Of a stretch of 64,000 nt of DNA, positions 16,835-26,008 are shown one piece after another; positions within the stretch are counted from its first letter, which is position 1; each line of letters starts with the position of its first letter. Below the pieces are notes generated by a model. That model made no database searches. It was not told the origin of the DNA and worked only from the letters and a program-made list of their open reading frames with translations. Both the position numbers and the translations under genes were made by a program. The DNA is from a virus (taxonomy: Duplodnaviria > Caudoviricetes), in IMG/VR virus record IMGVR_UViG_3300008255_000118, positions 1-64,000 of that record; one strand, written 5' to 3'.

Positions 16835-17370
16835 AATAGTCTTTGGCTAAATACTGGTGGCACTCTCTTTATCATATCTCCTGAGTAGTGAACAATAGTT
16901 ACATTCATGTCTTTCAACTCCTCTACTACTATTTCTTTCACTTCTCTCCAGTCATCTCCACCAATACCACAACCAATTAATGGTAAACCAATACTCTGTC
17001 CTGAAAACATCATGTTCACTTTTACTAAACATAATCTTAGAGCTGAACGAGATAGATTTCTACCTGGAAATAACTGTATGTAGAGATTTAAGATTCTCAC
17101 CTCTCTAGTCTCTACAGTTTCTTCTGGCCTTGGGTTGTTTTTATTTAACATCAATATAGAACTTGAAATAGTCATATCCCCTAATCTTTCAATTGGCAAT
17201 CTGTCATCCATTCGATCTATCTCATAGGCTTGTGGGAATCTATGAGCAATCTGTAGAGCTATTCCAGCCCCCATTGTTTTCTGACAATTGCAACCATGAG
17301 CTACAATATCAAATATCCCTTGACTAGCTAATTTTAGCAAATCACCATTTACCTCTCTATATTCTCCCAT
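16831..17370 (-). CDS. macrodomain (ADP-ribose binding/hydrolase) protein
   Basis: GDLL...DIVAHGCNC...MGAGIALQI...FP, SIGLPLIGCGIGG; likely start MGEYREV at 17370. Confidence 0.85.
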   Translation of the reverse strand: MGEYREVNGDLLKLASQGIFDIVAHGCNCQKTMGAGIALQIAHRFPQAYEIDRMDDRLPIERLGDMTISSSILMLNKNNPRPEETVETREVRILNLYIQLFPGRNLSRSALRLCLVKVNMMFSGQSIGLPLIGCGIGGDDWREVKEIVVEELKDMNVTIVHYSGDMIKRVPPVFSQRLL

Positions 17371-17371
17371 C

Positions 17372-17605
17372 TTAGTAAGTAATTTTGTTTTTATTAGCAA
17401 AGTCCACAACTCTTATCGCATCTAAAGAGTCTACTTTTCTGTTAGATTGTGCTCTGCCTACAATCATCATTATTTTTGAGTCTCTAAGATTTCTGGCAAC
17501 TACATGTATTCTGTACATGTAGTTGTCCCACTCTCTATACCCTGCTGAACTTGTATCATCTTGATCAAGTTCATTGATTCTTAAAACTAATTGTTCTGCT
17601 GTCAT
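17372..17605 (-). CDS. hypothetical protein
   Basis: 77 aa ORF. Confidence 0.55.
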   Translation of the reverse strand: MTAEQLVLRINELDQDDTSSAGYREWDNYMYRIHVVARNLRDSKIMMIVGRAQSNRKVDSLDAIRVVDFANKNKITY

Positions 17606-18123
17606 CTCTTTATTTTTATAATTTCTACTGTTCTCCCTTTAATCCTACCAATAGTGGCATACTTATCAGCAAGTTCATTATAGTGATTCCCACTATGGCC
17701 TCTATTCCACTTTAATTCTATTATAACACCTAGTGACTTGAACTTAATTAAGTTATCATATATGTTGCTCCAGAGATCTATATGCTTTCTTAAAACACCG
17801 CAATTCCTATAGTCAAAAACCCAGGTGAATAGCCAATTCTCTGATACTGCCTTTACTACATACTGATTGTCACAATAAATCTCAATCTTATCTACAATTT
17901 CAGTAATCTCTCTTAGAGCCAGAAAGAGACCTAGAACTTCCATTCTAGCCGAAGTCACCCTGTCATAGGGCCCATAAGATTGACATTCTACTTCTGTTTC
18001 TCCAATCTTAACAATGCCAACCCCACCAACATTTGATAATACACTACCAGCTCTATTATTACAGGAGCCATCTATGTGAATTTGTCTAATCTTCATTATT
18101 GTAGATATTGTTATCAATACCAT
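17602..18123 (-). CDS. rnhA: ribonuclease HI
   Basis: IHIDGSC, ARMEVLG, IYCDNQYV, KHIDLW, WNRGHSGNHYNELAD; real start may be 18096. Confidence 0.9.
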   Translation of the reverse strand: MVLITISTIMKIRQIHIDGSCNNRAGSVLSNVGGVGIVKIGETEVECQSYGPYDRVTSARMEVLGLFLALREITEIVDKIEIYCDNQYVVKAVSENWLFTWVFDYRNCGVLRKHIDLWSNIYDNLIKFKSLGVIIELKWNRGHSGNHYNELADKYATIGRIKGRTVEIIKIKR

Positions 18124-18295
18124 CTTGTATCCGCTCTCTCTGTCTCTCTAGTCTATCACTCCATAAGTCTCTGTAACTTTGTGGTACTTTACTGACAGAG
18201 TTTCTTCTTAGATCCTCAGTATTGTTCTCCAATAGGACCTCTAACATGTCTACTCTCATACATCTATACTGATTTTCAAGTGCTATTCTCTCCAT
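18086..18295 (-). CDS. hypothetical protein
   Basis: 69 aa ORF. Confidence 0.5.
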   Translation of the reverse strand: MERIALENQYRCMRVDMLEVLLENNTEDLRRNSVSKVPQSYRDLWSDRLERQRERIQDGIDNNIYNNED

Positions 18296-18297
18296 AA

Positions 18298-18486
18298 TTA
18301 TTGTTTTACTTCAGTTAACTTTATCCCTAACTTATTGAAATGTCTCTCTACTTTAAATATATCATCTGTACTAAAGTACATCATCTCCTCTTTTACTACT
18401 ATAATCTTCTCTGCTCCCAGACTCTTCATCATCTTTCTGTATGTTCTTACTAGTCTCTTACAGACTTTGAATCTATATCGTTTCAT
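18298..18486 (-). CDS. hypothetical protein
   Basis: 62 aa ORF, coupled start/stop. Confidence 0.55.
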   Translation of the reverse strand: MKRYRFKVCKRLVRTYRKMMKSLGAEKIIVVKEEMMYFSTDDIFKVERHFNKLGIKLTEVKQ

Positions 18487-18692
18487 TAAGCCTCTTCTAT
18501 TTCATGTTGTAGTTTAGTGATAGTTCCCCTACACTTAGAGAGTATCTCTTCTCTATACTCTGAACCCTTTCCCTTTTTCCATTCTCTCCCTCCTACAGTT
18601 ACCTCATATCTAGAGATGGGATCATCTTTGGGAGTCACCTTGGCTCTGAAAAGTCTTGTATGTGTGACACATACTTGAATATAGGCACTCAT
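18486..18692 (-). CDS. hypothetical protein
   Basis: 68 aa ORF, coupled start/stop. Confidence 0.55.
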   Translation of the reverse strand: MSAYIQVCVTHTRLFRAKVTPKDDPISRYEVTVGGREWKKGKGSEYREEILSKCRGTITKLQHEIEEA

Positions 18693-19951
18693 TACTTCTT
18701 AACTTTATAGTTAGCTTGGGTAAACACTCTGATAAACTCAGATACTACTTGAATCTTGTTTGCTTTCTTACCATCTACCCTGTGTATGTACTCATTCAAT
18801 CTACTCTTAGCTACTCGGATCATCTCTGATATTGTGCCAGGTAAAGTTATAGTTTTTTCTCTCTCTACTACTATTTCTGGAGCTTTTTCTTCAAAATGTT
18901 TCTCTACTTGAACTGTTTGGGCAATAGTAGTGGCTCTTTTTACAATCCCTCTCTTATTCTTGAGAGTAAGAGTAATCTCTTGATTATAGTGCTCTTTCAC
19001 ATAAGATACAATCTCAGCTGCCTTCATCAAACTAAAGTCTGGGATATTACCGATTAGAGTATTATCAGATTGAGTAACATTGTCTTCTACTACCCTCTTA
19101 GTAGACTTCTTTTCTGTCTTAGACATCACCTCATCTGATTCTATTAGATCTGAAAGCTTTACAACTGAGCCCCCTTTAATTGGGGCTGTACTATAATTAG
19201 AGTACCCAATCACTTGATATTGACAAACTCTTACTTTTCTAGATTCATAGTCTACTGGTACTGAAACTACATTTACAGGGTTAACTAAAACTTTAACAAT
19301 TATATCATTATTATACCATTGTCTAACATAGTCAGGCGGTGCACAATGTAGCCCTGAAGAACAGGTTTGTTTTGGGTTATCTTGAACTTCATCTCTATTC
19401 ATTGATACAACCCTACCAATTGAGTTATCAATTTTACTAGTATGTATATCTACCAGTAATGAGCCTGCCCTCTTAACTCCCTTCTCCATAACGATATCAC
19501 CTTCCTCCGTGATAGGTATGTTATTCATGATAATGAACCTAAATAGCTGTTGTCTGCTACTAGCAGATGGATTTCGGTCTAACTTATACCAGAACTTCAA
19601 GATGGATAACATAGACTCATTATCAACACTCTCTAGTTCCATTAACTTCTTAAGAACATCTGCTGGTACATAGTTAGATGTATTTCTAAGCTTTACTCGG
19701 CCTGTATAGTCAGATGTTATTTGAACAATTTCTTGTCCGTCAATCTTAACTAGAGTCAAATAGTGATCAAAATTGTTTTCAATCTCTCTAGGCCCACTTT
19801 TCTTTTTTAGTAACTGATGAAGTTCGTTGAACTGATCAGGGTACTTGTTTTTCTTAACTACTACTATTCGTTTGTCCAATACAAGTGTAATGGTCTCTCT
19901 AGTAACTGTAGCTTTAATTCTTAGTCTCGGCAATCTCTTCTTGTTTTTCAT
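18692..19951 (-). CDS. rIIB: rIIB-like protein
   Basis: QLFRFI....IPIT..G, M.R..V.DNP..TCSSGLH, VLVNP.NVVSVP.DY...K.RVC.Y; follows rIIA. Confidence 0.85.
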   Translation of the reverse strand: MKNKKRLPRLRIKATVTRETITLVLDKRIVVVKKNKYPDQFNELHQLLKKKSGPREIENNFDHYLTLVKIDGQEIVQITSDYTGRVKLRNTSNYVPADVLKKLMELESVDNESMLSILKFWYKLDRNPSASSRQQLFRFIIMNNIPITEEGDIVMEKGVKRAGSLLVDIHTSKIDNSIGRVVSMNRDEVQDNPKQTCSSGLHCAPPDYVRQWYNNDIIVKVLVNPVNVVSVPVDYESRKVRVCQYQVIGYSNYSTAPIKGGSVVKLSDLIESDEVMSKTEKKSTKRVVEDNVTQSDNTLIGNIPDFSLMKAAEIVSYVKEHYNQEITLTLKNKRGIVKRATTIAQTVQVEKHFEEKAPEIVVEREKTITLPGTISEMIRVAKSRLNEYIHRVDGKKANKIQVVSEFIRVFTQANYKVKK

Positions 19952-22275
19952 GATAAAGTTTTTAATATTGATAGTTCTTTTACTAACTGGTCTATTCTGT
20001 CAACTGATATGTTATTATTGTTCCCTCTTATGTACTGTCTTACTAGAGGGCTTCTATTTACTTCTCTTTCTAGAATGTTCCCTATCTTGACATTAAAATT
20101 CACTCTACTGTTGAGTCTACTTCTCAACTTTCTTAGAGAGTTGATATAGTGAGATTGATAGGAGTTTAGTCCCTCTATCTTCTCTCTCTCTGAAAAGAGA
20201 AACTTTACTAACTCTATTGTTGGCTCTACCTTTAATAGGACTTTACATAGAGTCTGTACTGTGGGACTATAGAACCCTAATAATATCAAACTGTTAAGTG
20301 TCATATTGTCATGGTTTCTATAATAGAAATAGTCTCTATCTGATAGAGAGTAGAAATTGTGTTTAGCAACTAAGGATTCACTTAACAACTTCATGTCTAT
20401 ACTCCCTCGTAGACTAGACACTTTCTCTTTCTCTAATCTTTTCTTTAAGGTACTTTGATCTTTCAGACTGAAGACAGTCTCTGTTTTAAAGTATAGTTGG
20501 TGTGTCTTCTCTGACGTAACGTAGATCTTATACTTCATTTCATCTGCTATATTAATAAAAGAGCAATCACATGAGAACTCTGATAGTGAGGGTACTACAA
20601 AAGTAAGATACTTATCCCCTCTAAACTCCTTATAAGAGAGATCTTTTCTATTAACCTCTACCACTAAAGGTAAGCCTTCATAATTGAAGTGAAGAATCTT
20701 TCTCCATCTAGTTTGTACTGTTTCCCCTGGCACGTATATACCTGGTTCTACAATACTAGGGTCTAAGATTTTTTTCTCTACACTTGAGTAGTTACTAATC
20801 TCTATATCAAATGTAAAGACCATATTTGAGAAAATATCATACTGTGATGAGGACAACGGGTCCTCTATCTTTTTCCCAAAAGGCCTGATCAAATAGAATT
20901 TCTGTTTATCTGTATTATCAAAGATGGTATAGTTTCTTCTCCTATCCTTCTTACTATCTAGCAAGTAAATTGGGTATTCTGATATCTTGAGAATATTAGG
21001 GTTCTGAGTTACTTTATACTTCTCTGGGTCAGATTTATTGACCTCAATAACTTCAAAATCTTTCTTAATCTCTAGAGACTTCATAGACTTGTACTTCTCT
21101 AGAATTGACTGTAAACTAAGTCCTTTGTAGAAGATCTGTTTCAGTATATCTATCTCATCAGTGTACCTGTCAAATATTACTGACACACTACCCTCCAATG
21201 TTTGCTCAAAGAGTCTCTTTTGAAATAGAGACTGTTGTTTAGAAAATGTCGATATTACTCCTCTGACACAGTCAAGATAAGACATCTCATTAACTTGTTT
21301 TGAAAACTTCTTAATCATCAATCTAGATAGTTTGCCAAAGGCTGAATCGATTGCTTTTTTAGTTTCCTCATTATACTCAATCCCTTCTCTGGTGGCTGTA
21401 ACTGAAATATCACCAGTGTTAAACTTCAAGAATATAGCATAGCCCTCTAACCTGTTCTTCAGACTAGTGATTCTCTCTGATATTCTAGTGTCTATAGGAT
21501 ATGGTATCCCATCTACTAGACAATATACTCCACTTCGGTATGGGCTGTAGTAGTTTGTCTTTACTATGACTAATGATTCATCATCTACAATAATGTCTTT
21601 GCTATCTAAAACTTTTTGGGAGTATCTTGAAACTTCTACAAGTATGATAGACTTCCCCCAGAGCGATGTGTAATACATCACCTCATCAGCGAATGTTGCT
21701 CTATCCTCACTCTCTACTAGTGGTAGAATAATGTCAGTACCTGTTGGTTCTGTTGTTAGACTCTCTGATAGCAATATCATCTTACCAGTGCCTGAATCAT
21801 CGATTAGGGCATTATAGAAGTATTGTCTCTTCTCTCCTTTGTAGTTGATAGCTGTTGTGTTGATATAGAATGAGTCTGTGTAAGCAAATGGAGTCTTGGC
21901 TCCCAAGCCAAACCCACCTGTTTGGGCATTGGTACCTCTTTTAGTAGAGGCTGCATACTTCACAAATACATCTGCCATTCTGTTAGGGCTAATACCCATA
22001 CCTGAGTCTCTGAAGATAATACAATACTGATCTTGAAGAATCTCAGAATACTGCTGTGTAATGATGATAGAGATTGGCATGTCTGCATTCCCATTTTCCC
22101 GATTGGCATCTCTTGAATTAGATGCCACCTCTCTAACTATGGAACCTACTTTGTTTGAGTACATCTTGTCCCTAAGAATATCAAAGATGACTCCGTTTTC
22201 TTCAATAGAGAAATTCATCCCTGCTGAACTTCCAACTACGAGTGTTGGGTCTGTTTGATAAGCTGCTATTTTCAT
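19948..22275 (-). CDS. rIIA: rIIA-like protein (GHKL ATPase N-terminus)
   Basis: MYSNK..SIVREVASNSRDA, D.GMGIS, STKR.TN.QTGGFGLGAKTPFAYTDSF. Confidence 0.85.
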   Translation of the reverse strand: MKIAAYQTDPTLVVGSSAGMNFSIEENGVIFDILRDKMYSNKVGSIVREVASNSRDANRENGNADMPISIIITQQYSEILQDQYCIIFRDSGMGISPNRMADVFVKYAASTKRGTNAQTGGFGLGAKTPFAYTDSFYINTTAINYKGEKRQYFYNALIDDSGTGKMILLSESLTTEPTGTDIILPLVESEDRATFADEVMYYTSLWGKSIILVEVSRYSQKVLDSKDIIVDDESLVIVKTNYYSPYRSGVYCLVDGIPYPIDTRISERITSLKNRLEGYAIFLKFNTGDISVTATREGIEYNEETKKAIDSAFGKLSRLMIKKFSKQVNEMSYLDCVRGVISTFSKQQSLFQKRLFEQTLEGSVSVIFDRYTDEIDILKQIFYKGLSLQSILEKYKSMKSLEIKKDFEVIEVNKSDPEKYKVTQNPNILKISEYPIYLLDSKKDRRRNYTIFDNTDKQKFYLIRPFGKKIEDPLSSSQYDIFSNMVFTFDIEISNYSSVEKKILDPSIVEPGIYVPGETVQTRWRKILHFNYEGLPLVVEVNRKDLSYKEFRGDKYLTFVVPSLSEFSCDCSFINIADEMKYKIYVTSEKTHQLYFKTETVFSLKDQSTLKKRLEKEKVSSLRGSIDMKLLSESLVAKHNFYSLSDRDYFYYRNHDNMTLNSLILLGFYSPTVQTLCKVLLKVEPTIELVKFLFSEREKIEGLNSYQSHYINSLRKLRSRLNSRVNFNVKIGNILEREVNRSPLVRQYIRGNNNNISVDRIDQLVKELSILKTLS

Positions 22276-22311
22276 TTTTTAGTTTTTCTGTGAATAACTG
22301 ACTTTGGCATA

Positions 22312-22440
22312 TTAAATTGATGCTAGAAGTAGTAGGAAGTACCCTACTGTAAATATTATGATTATCCCTACTGCATCCTTGATGGACTGTGCTGGGTCTT
22401 GTCTAATTGATCTTATGATCTCTCTAGTAAGCTCTCTCAT
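22312..22440 (-). CDS. small membrane protein (42 aa)
   Basis: Hand translation MRELTREIIRSIRQDPAQSIKDAVGIIIIFTVGYFLLLLASI; ATGA overlap with the upstream stop. Confidence 0.55.
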   Translation of the reverse strand: MRELTREIIRSIRQDPAQSIKDAVGIIIIFTVGYFLLLLASI

Positions 22441-22910
22441 GATTTCAATTGATTTAGAACTGAGTCTATATCTATCCCAAGCCTTCTTAGTGTAGACTTA
22501 TGAAATATCTTTTCGTAATCTTGGGATTCACTGTTCTCAATTAGATCTTTGGCATCACTCTTGAACTCCCAACCTGAGGTAACTCTCTTGTCAATTGTAT
22601 TGTAGATGAACCAATTATAGGAATCAACTTCTTTGTTGTACTCGCTTTGAGCAATTTGTGCCTTTGTTCTTCTAGTTCTCGTGTCTGACTTCTTCTCTCT
22701 TAGGATTTCATCCAGTTCTCCACTTTCTGTGATACTATTGATAAACATGTCAACGTTCATCTGATGATTGATTACATTGCCTTCTCCACCTATGGATTCT
22801 AGAAAGAATGCTCTAACTACTTTCTCTAGTTGCTGATCTGTTACCTCTTGAGGTAGAAGACTCTTAGTCGATTCAATGATTGAACCTGGTACTTGGATTG
22901 TGATTTTCAT
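22437..22910 (-). CDS. hypothetical protein
   Basis: 157 aa, first gene behind promoter copy 3. Confidence 0.6.
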   Translation of the reverse strand: MKITIQVPGSIIESTKSLLPQEVTDQQLEKVVRAFFLESIGGEGNVINHQMNVDMFINSITESGELDEILREKKSDTRTRRTKAQIAQSEYNKEVDSYNWFIYNTIDKRVTSGWEFKSDAKDLIENSESQDYEKIFHKSTLRRLGIDIDSVLNQLKS

Positions 22911-22952
22911 GATTTAAAATTATTAAGTTAATAATTGACCTTTTATATAGTA

Positions 22953-22983
22953 TAAAACTAAGTATAATTTTTATACTTACAAA
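22953..22983 (-). promoter_or_regulatory. promoter with embedded palindrome (copy 3)
   Basis: 35 nt identical to copy 2 (taaaactaagtataatttttatacttacaaacttt). Confidence 0.8.
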
Positions 22984-23024
22984 CTTTTTCTTTAATTATT
23001 TTTAAAATATTTTAAAAATAATTT

Positions 23025-23214
23025 TTAATCTACCAGTTCTATTGATGTAGAGGCTTTAATTCTTTTTCTTAAGCTAACTATCAGTTCTCTTTGAGAACTA
23101 TCAATCACTGAATCTAAATCTACTAGTAGCTGTTTTCTGACATTCATCTGGGCTCTGCCCATCTCTGGGATGGAGTTATACCCCGTACTTTTCTGCAAAC
23201 TCTTCTTTAGTCAT
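23025..23214 (-). pseudogene. ORF broken by an extra G in a G4 run
   Basis: GGGG at 23181-84; removing one G gives 62 aa MTKEEFAEKYGYNSIPEMGRAQMNVRKQLL...SIELVD*. Confidence 0.45.
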
Positions 23215-23226
23215 CTTATTCTTCTT

Positions 23227-23395
23227 TTATCTCTTCTTACTATAGTATTGATCTCTTAACTCTTCATCCATCTTGTCTAGCAGGTCTCTATGCTCTTTAG
23301 ATAAACTATCATATCTCTCTACTAGTGGATTAAAGTAGTATTAATTTCTTAAACTGGGAATTATAAGCTAAAATACAATTTTGAAAGCAATTCAC
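23227..23395 (-). pseudogene. ORF broken by a 1-nt insertion
   Basis: GTG start; removing one A near 23343 gives 55 aa ...NSQFKKLYYFNPLVERYDSLSKEHRDLL...KKR*. Confidence 0.35.
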
Positions 23396-23398
23396 AAC

Positions 23399-24235
23399 TT
23401 AAACAAGACAAACCAGTTTATTAGATAGGTTAGCATATCTCTGACCCTCAATCACTCTATAATATATGTTTGAAGAAATAATTTCAGTTCTAACCAATCT
23501 TTTCGTAACTTGTAAAAAACCTGATAACTCTAAGCTAGTTAATATATCTCTAGCTGAGGATACATTAGTTAAGCCTAATACTCTACATACTCCCTTCAAT
23601 GAAAGTGTCACATCCAGGTTCAGTTCTCTCTTATATTCTGACTTCCCTGACAACAAAGAATATATGTACCCATTCAAATCATCTCGATATTCATCATAAA
23701 GCTGCACAATGTCATTACTAGTAAACTGGTCTAGAATCTCTATACAGCTTGACTGAGTATGGTGGCTTAAAGATACGGGGTGTGTTTTATGACCTCGAAG
23801 TGATTGATATAAGTTTAGTCTCTGTTGTTTCAAACTGTCTCGAATATCTACATACTGAATCCAACTCTTAACATTTTCTACTATAAGTTCTCTAGTTTTG
23901 AAGATCTTAAAGAACCCTTTTCTTTTTCTCTTATAATTGTATTGTAGATCATAACCTAGTAAAGAGAAGAGATCATCATATGAAACTACTTGATAACCCT
24001 TCTGTGTTTTCTTAACTACACCTAGTCTAATACATTTTCTTAGTTTGTAGTAACAGGAGGACTCAGTATTGCTAATCCCTGATGTAAGCATTTTTGAAAT
24101 AATGGTAGTCTCTCTAAAGTACCCACTAGAATTTATTATCTTCAACTGGTAGTAGACTACTACTTCATTTAGACAATTCTTCTTTTTACAAAAGTTGTGT
24201 AACTTTTTAGGTATCTTCAGATAACTGTTTCTCAT
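23399..24235 (-). CDS. hypothetical protein, possible winged-HTH DNA-binding protein
   Basis: 278 aa basic; LSLKGVCRVLGLTNVSSARDILTSLELSGFLQV resembles wHTH. Confidence 0.45.
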   Translation of the reverse strand: MRNSYLKIPKKLHNFCKKKNCLNEVVVYYQLKIINSSGYFRETTIISKMLTSGISNTESSCYYKLRKCIRLGVVKKTQKGYQVVSYDDLFSLLGYDLQYNYKRKRKGFFKIFKTRELIVENVKSWIQYVDIRDSLKQQRLNLYQSLRGHKTHPVSLSHHTQSSCIEILDQFTSNDIVQLYDEYRDDLNGYIYSLLSGKSEYKRELNLDVTLSLKGVCRVLGLTNVSSARDILTSLELSGFLQVTKRLVRTEIISSNIYYRVIEGQRYANLSNKLVCLV

Positions 24236-24474
24236 TAACTCTCTAAATTATGCAATAAATAATAATACCCAGCTTTAAGTAAACTCTGTTCTGTTACTTC
24301 TACTTCTTTCGACACTGATGATATACCTAATAAAAAGTCATATACTCTATCTACTTCTTTTGAGGTTAATCTAGAAACTAAATGCCCTCTCTCTACTCTC
24401 AAAGTATCTCTAAGATGTCTATGAAGATCTCTTTTTGAAAAAGATAACTGATAGTGACTAGACTGTACTAGCAT
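24235..24474 (-). CDS. hypothetical protein
   Basis: 79 aa ORF. Confidence 0.5.
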   Translation of the reverse strand: MLVQSSHYQLSFSKRDLHRHLRDTLRVERGHLVSRLTSKEVDRVYDFLLGISSVSKEVEVTEQSLLKAGYYYLLHNLES

Positions 24475-24778
24475 AGATAGTATACACTATGTCTTTGTGG
24501 AATCTTCTTCGAACTTCTGGCAGATTTGAGATATTTGTAATAACAACTCTCTGTCTGTATGTATCCACACTTAGATTATCAATACTATTCTCTACTAAGG
24601 TAGTTACATCTCTACCATAAAGTGTATGTTCAAAAATACTTGAACTAGGGTCTTGAGTTTCAAACTCATTAATAACATAAAACTCTCCATTAATATCTAC
24701 TACTGTATACTTCAGCTTATTTAGAAGTAAAATAAACTCCTTAATACTGGCTTTCTTAGTTTGGTCATATCTATTCAT
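24458..24778 (-). CDS. hypothetical protein
   Basis: 106 aa ORF. Confidence 0.55.
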   Translation of the reverse strand: MNRYDQTKKASIKEFILLLNKLKYTVVDINGEFYVINEFETQDPSSSIFEHTLYGRDVTTLVENSIDNLSVDTYRQRVVITNISNLPEVRRRFHKDIVYTIYASTV

Positions 24779-24781
24779 ACT

Positions 24782-25093
24782 CTACTTGTTTGTATATCTC
24801 TTTAGTTCCTCTTTAGTCCTCTCTCGTTTTTGAATCTTCATATCTAGTGAATTAGCATGTTTATCTGCCACTTTTTTAAAAAACTGTTGATTCTTAGCTG
24901 CCCTTTCATTAGTGGTACCAAATACAGCTACGGGGAAGCCTCTATCCCTTTCAATAAATTCTAATTCTACTCCCTCTGAGGAACAAAGTGGTCTACCTCT
25001 TGAATCAGAGTATCTATTGTTCCCTAGAATTCTGTAGTTCTGTATAAAGAACTCTTTCCCCGTTTTAGGGCATTTGAAGTTGTTATCCGTCAT
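24782..25093 (-). CDS. hypothetical protein
   Basis: 103 aa basic ORF. Confidence 0.6.
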   Translation of the reverse strand: MTDNNFKCPKTGKEFFIQNYRILGNNRYSDSRGRPLCSSEGVELEFIERDRGFPVAVFGTTNERAAKNQQFFKKVADKHANSLDMKIQKRERTKEELKRYTNK

Positions 25094-25150
25094 ATAATTC
25101 TCTCTTTAACTTTAAGTAAGTCTAAATGTAAGAAACTTTTCACAGAAATG

Positions 25151-25708
25151 TCATTTAATCTCTTGATAATACTTTCTTCTACAGTACTCAGCTATTAGTA
25201 GACTATCTACAATACCATCATGTGGGTTCCGAGCTCTACTACTCTTTCTTAAATCAAAACCCTGAAATAAGTGTGTACAAGTTAACAAGGATGTAGCCTT
25301 AGTATTTACTGTCTTAGACTTATTACCCGGCTTCTTTTCATACTGAATATAGGTGTCTTCCCAAACTAACTTTTGCCATCTGCCTGGAGTTGGTAGTATC
25401 AATCTGAACTTACCTGGAACTGCTAAGGAGTACATACTAATAATACCTTCCCATAGTCCCTTCCCCCTACCCATTGTAAAAGTTCCGGTATTCCCACCTA
25501 CAGTAGTGGCATGTATGTCCTCTAGCCCAATCACAAAGAAATCACAATCACTTGTATATGAGTGTAACAACTTAGCCATCCCTATTATATCAAATTCTTT
25601 CTCCCCTAATCTAGGAGAAACAGAGCAGTGTACGGCTCTACCAACTTCATCTAGACAACTTATAGCTCCATCTTTTCCTGGGTCAATCCCTATAAATCTA
25701 ATTTTCAT
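25151..25708 (-). CDS. RuvC-like Holliday junction resolvase
   Basis: FIGIDPGKDGAI, GLED, P.P..WQK, HDGIVDSLLIAEY. Confidence 0.85.
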   Translation of the reverse strand: MKIRFIGIDPGKDGAISCLDEVGRAVHCSVSPRLGEKEFDIIGMAKLLHSYTSDCDFFVIGLEDIHATTVGGNTGTFTMGRGKGLWEGIISMYSLAVPGKFRLILPTPGRWQKLVWEDTYIQYEKKPGNKSKTVNTKATSLLTCTHLFQGFDLRKSSRARNPHDGIVDSLLIAEYCRRKYYQEIK

Positions 25709-25720
25709 CTAGAAATGTTT

Positions 25721-26008
25721 TTATTCGATTCCATAATCATAAAATTCTTCTGAATTGTTTATTTCGTTTCTTTCTTCTCCCTCTATCTTATCTTTATACA
25801 TATACTCAAAAGTTTCTATAGACTCTAATATCTCCTGTATATTCCATCTGTCTTTCCAATTCCCATCAAATATGACAGGCCCACAAGCTCTACCTCTAAG
25901 TGTTGTCCCATCTACTACTAAAACAGGTTCATACCCTTCAAGTCTATACTTTTCAATTAGATTGACTGAGTTGTCAATTGGCCCTGTAACTAAGTAAATA
26001 TATTTCAT
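25721..26008 (-). CDS. hypothetical protein
   Basis: 95 aa ORF. Confidence 0.55.
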   Translation of the reverse strand: MKYIYLVTGPIDNSVNLIEKYRLEGYEPVLVVDGTTLRGRACGPVIFDGNWKDRWNIQEILESIETFEYMYKDKIEGEERNEINNSEEFYDYGIE

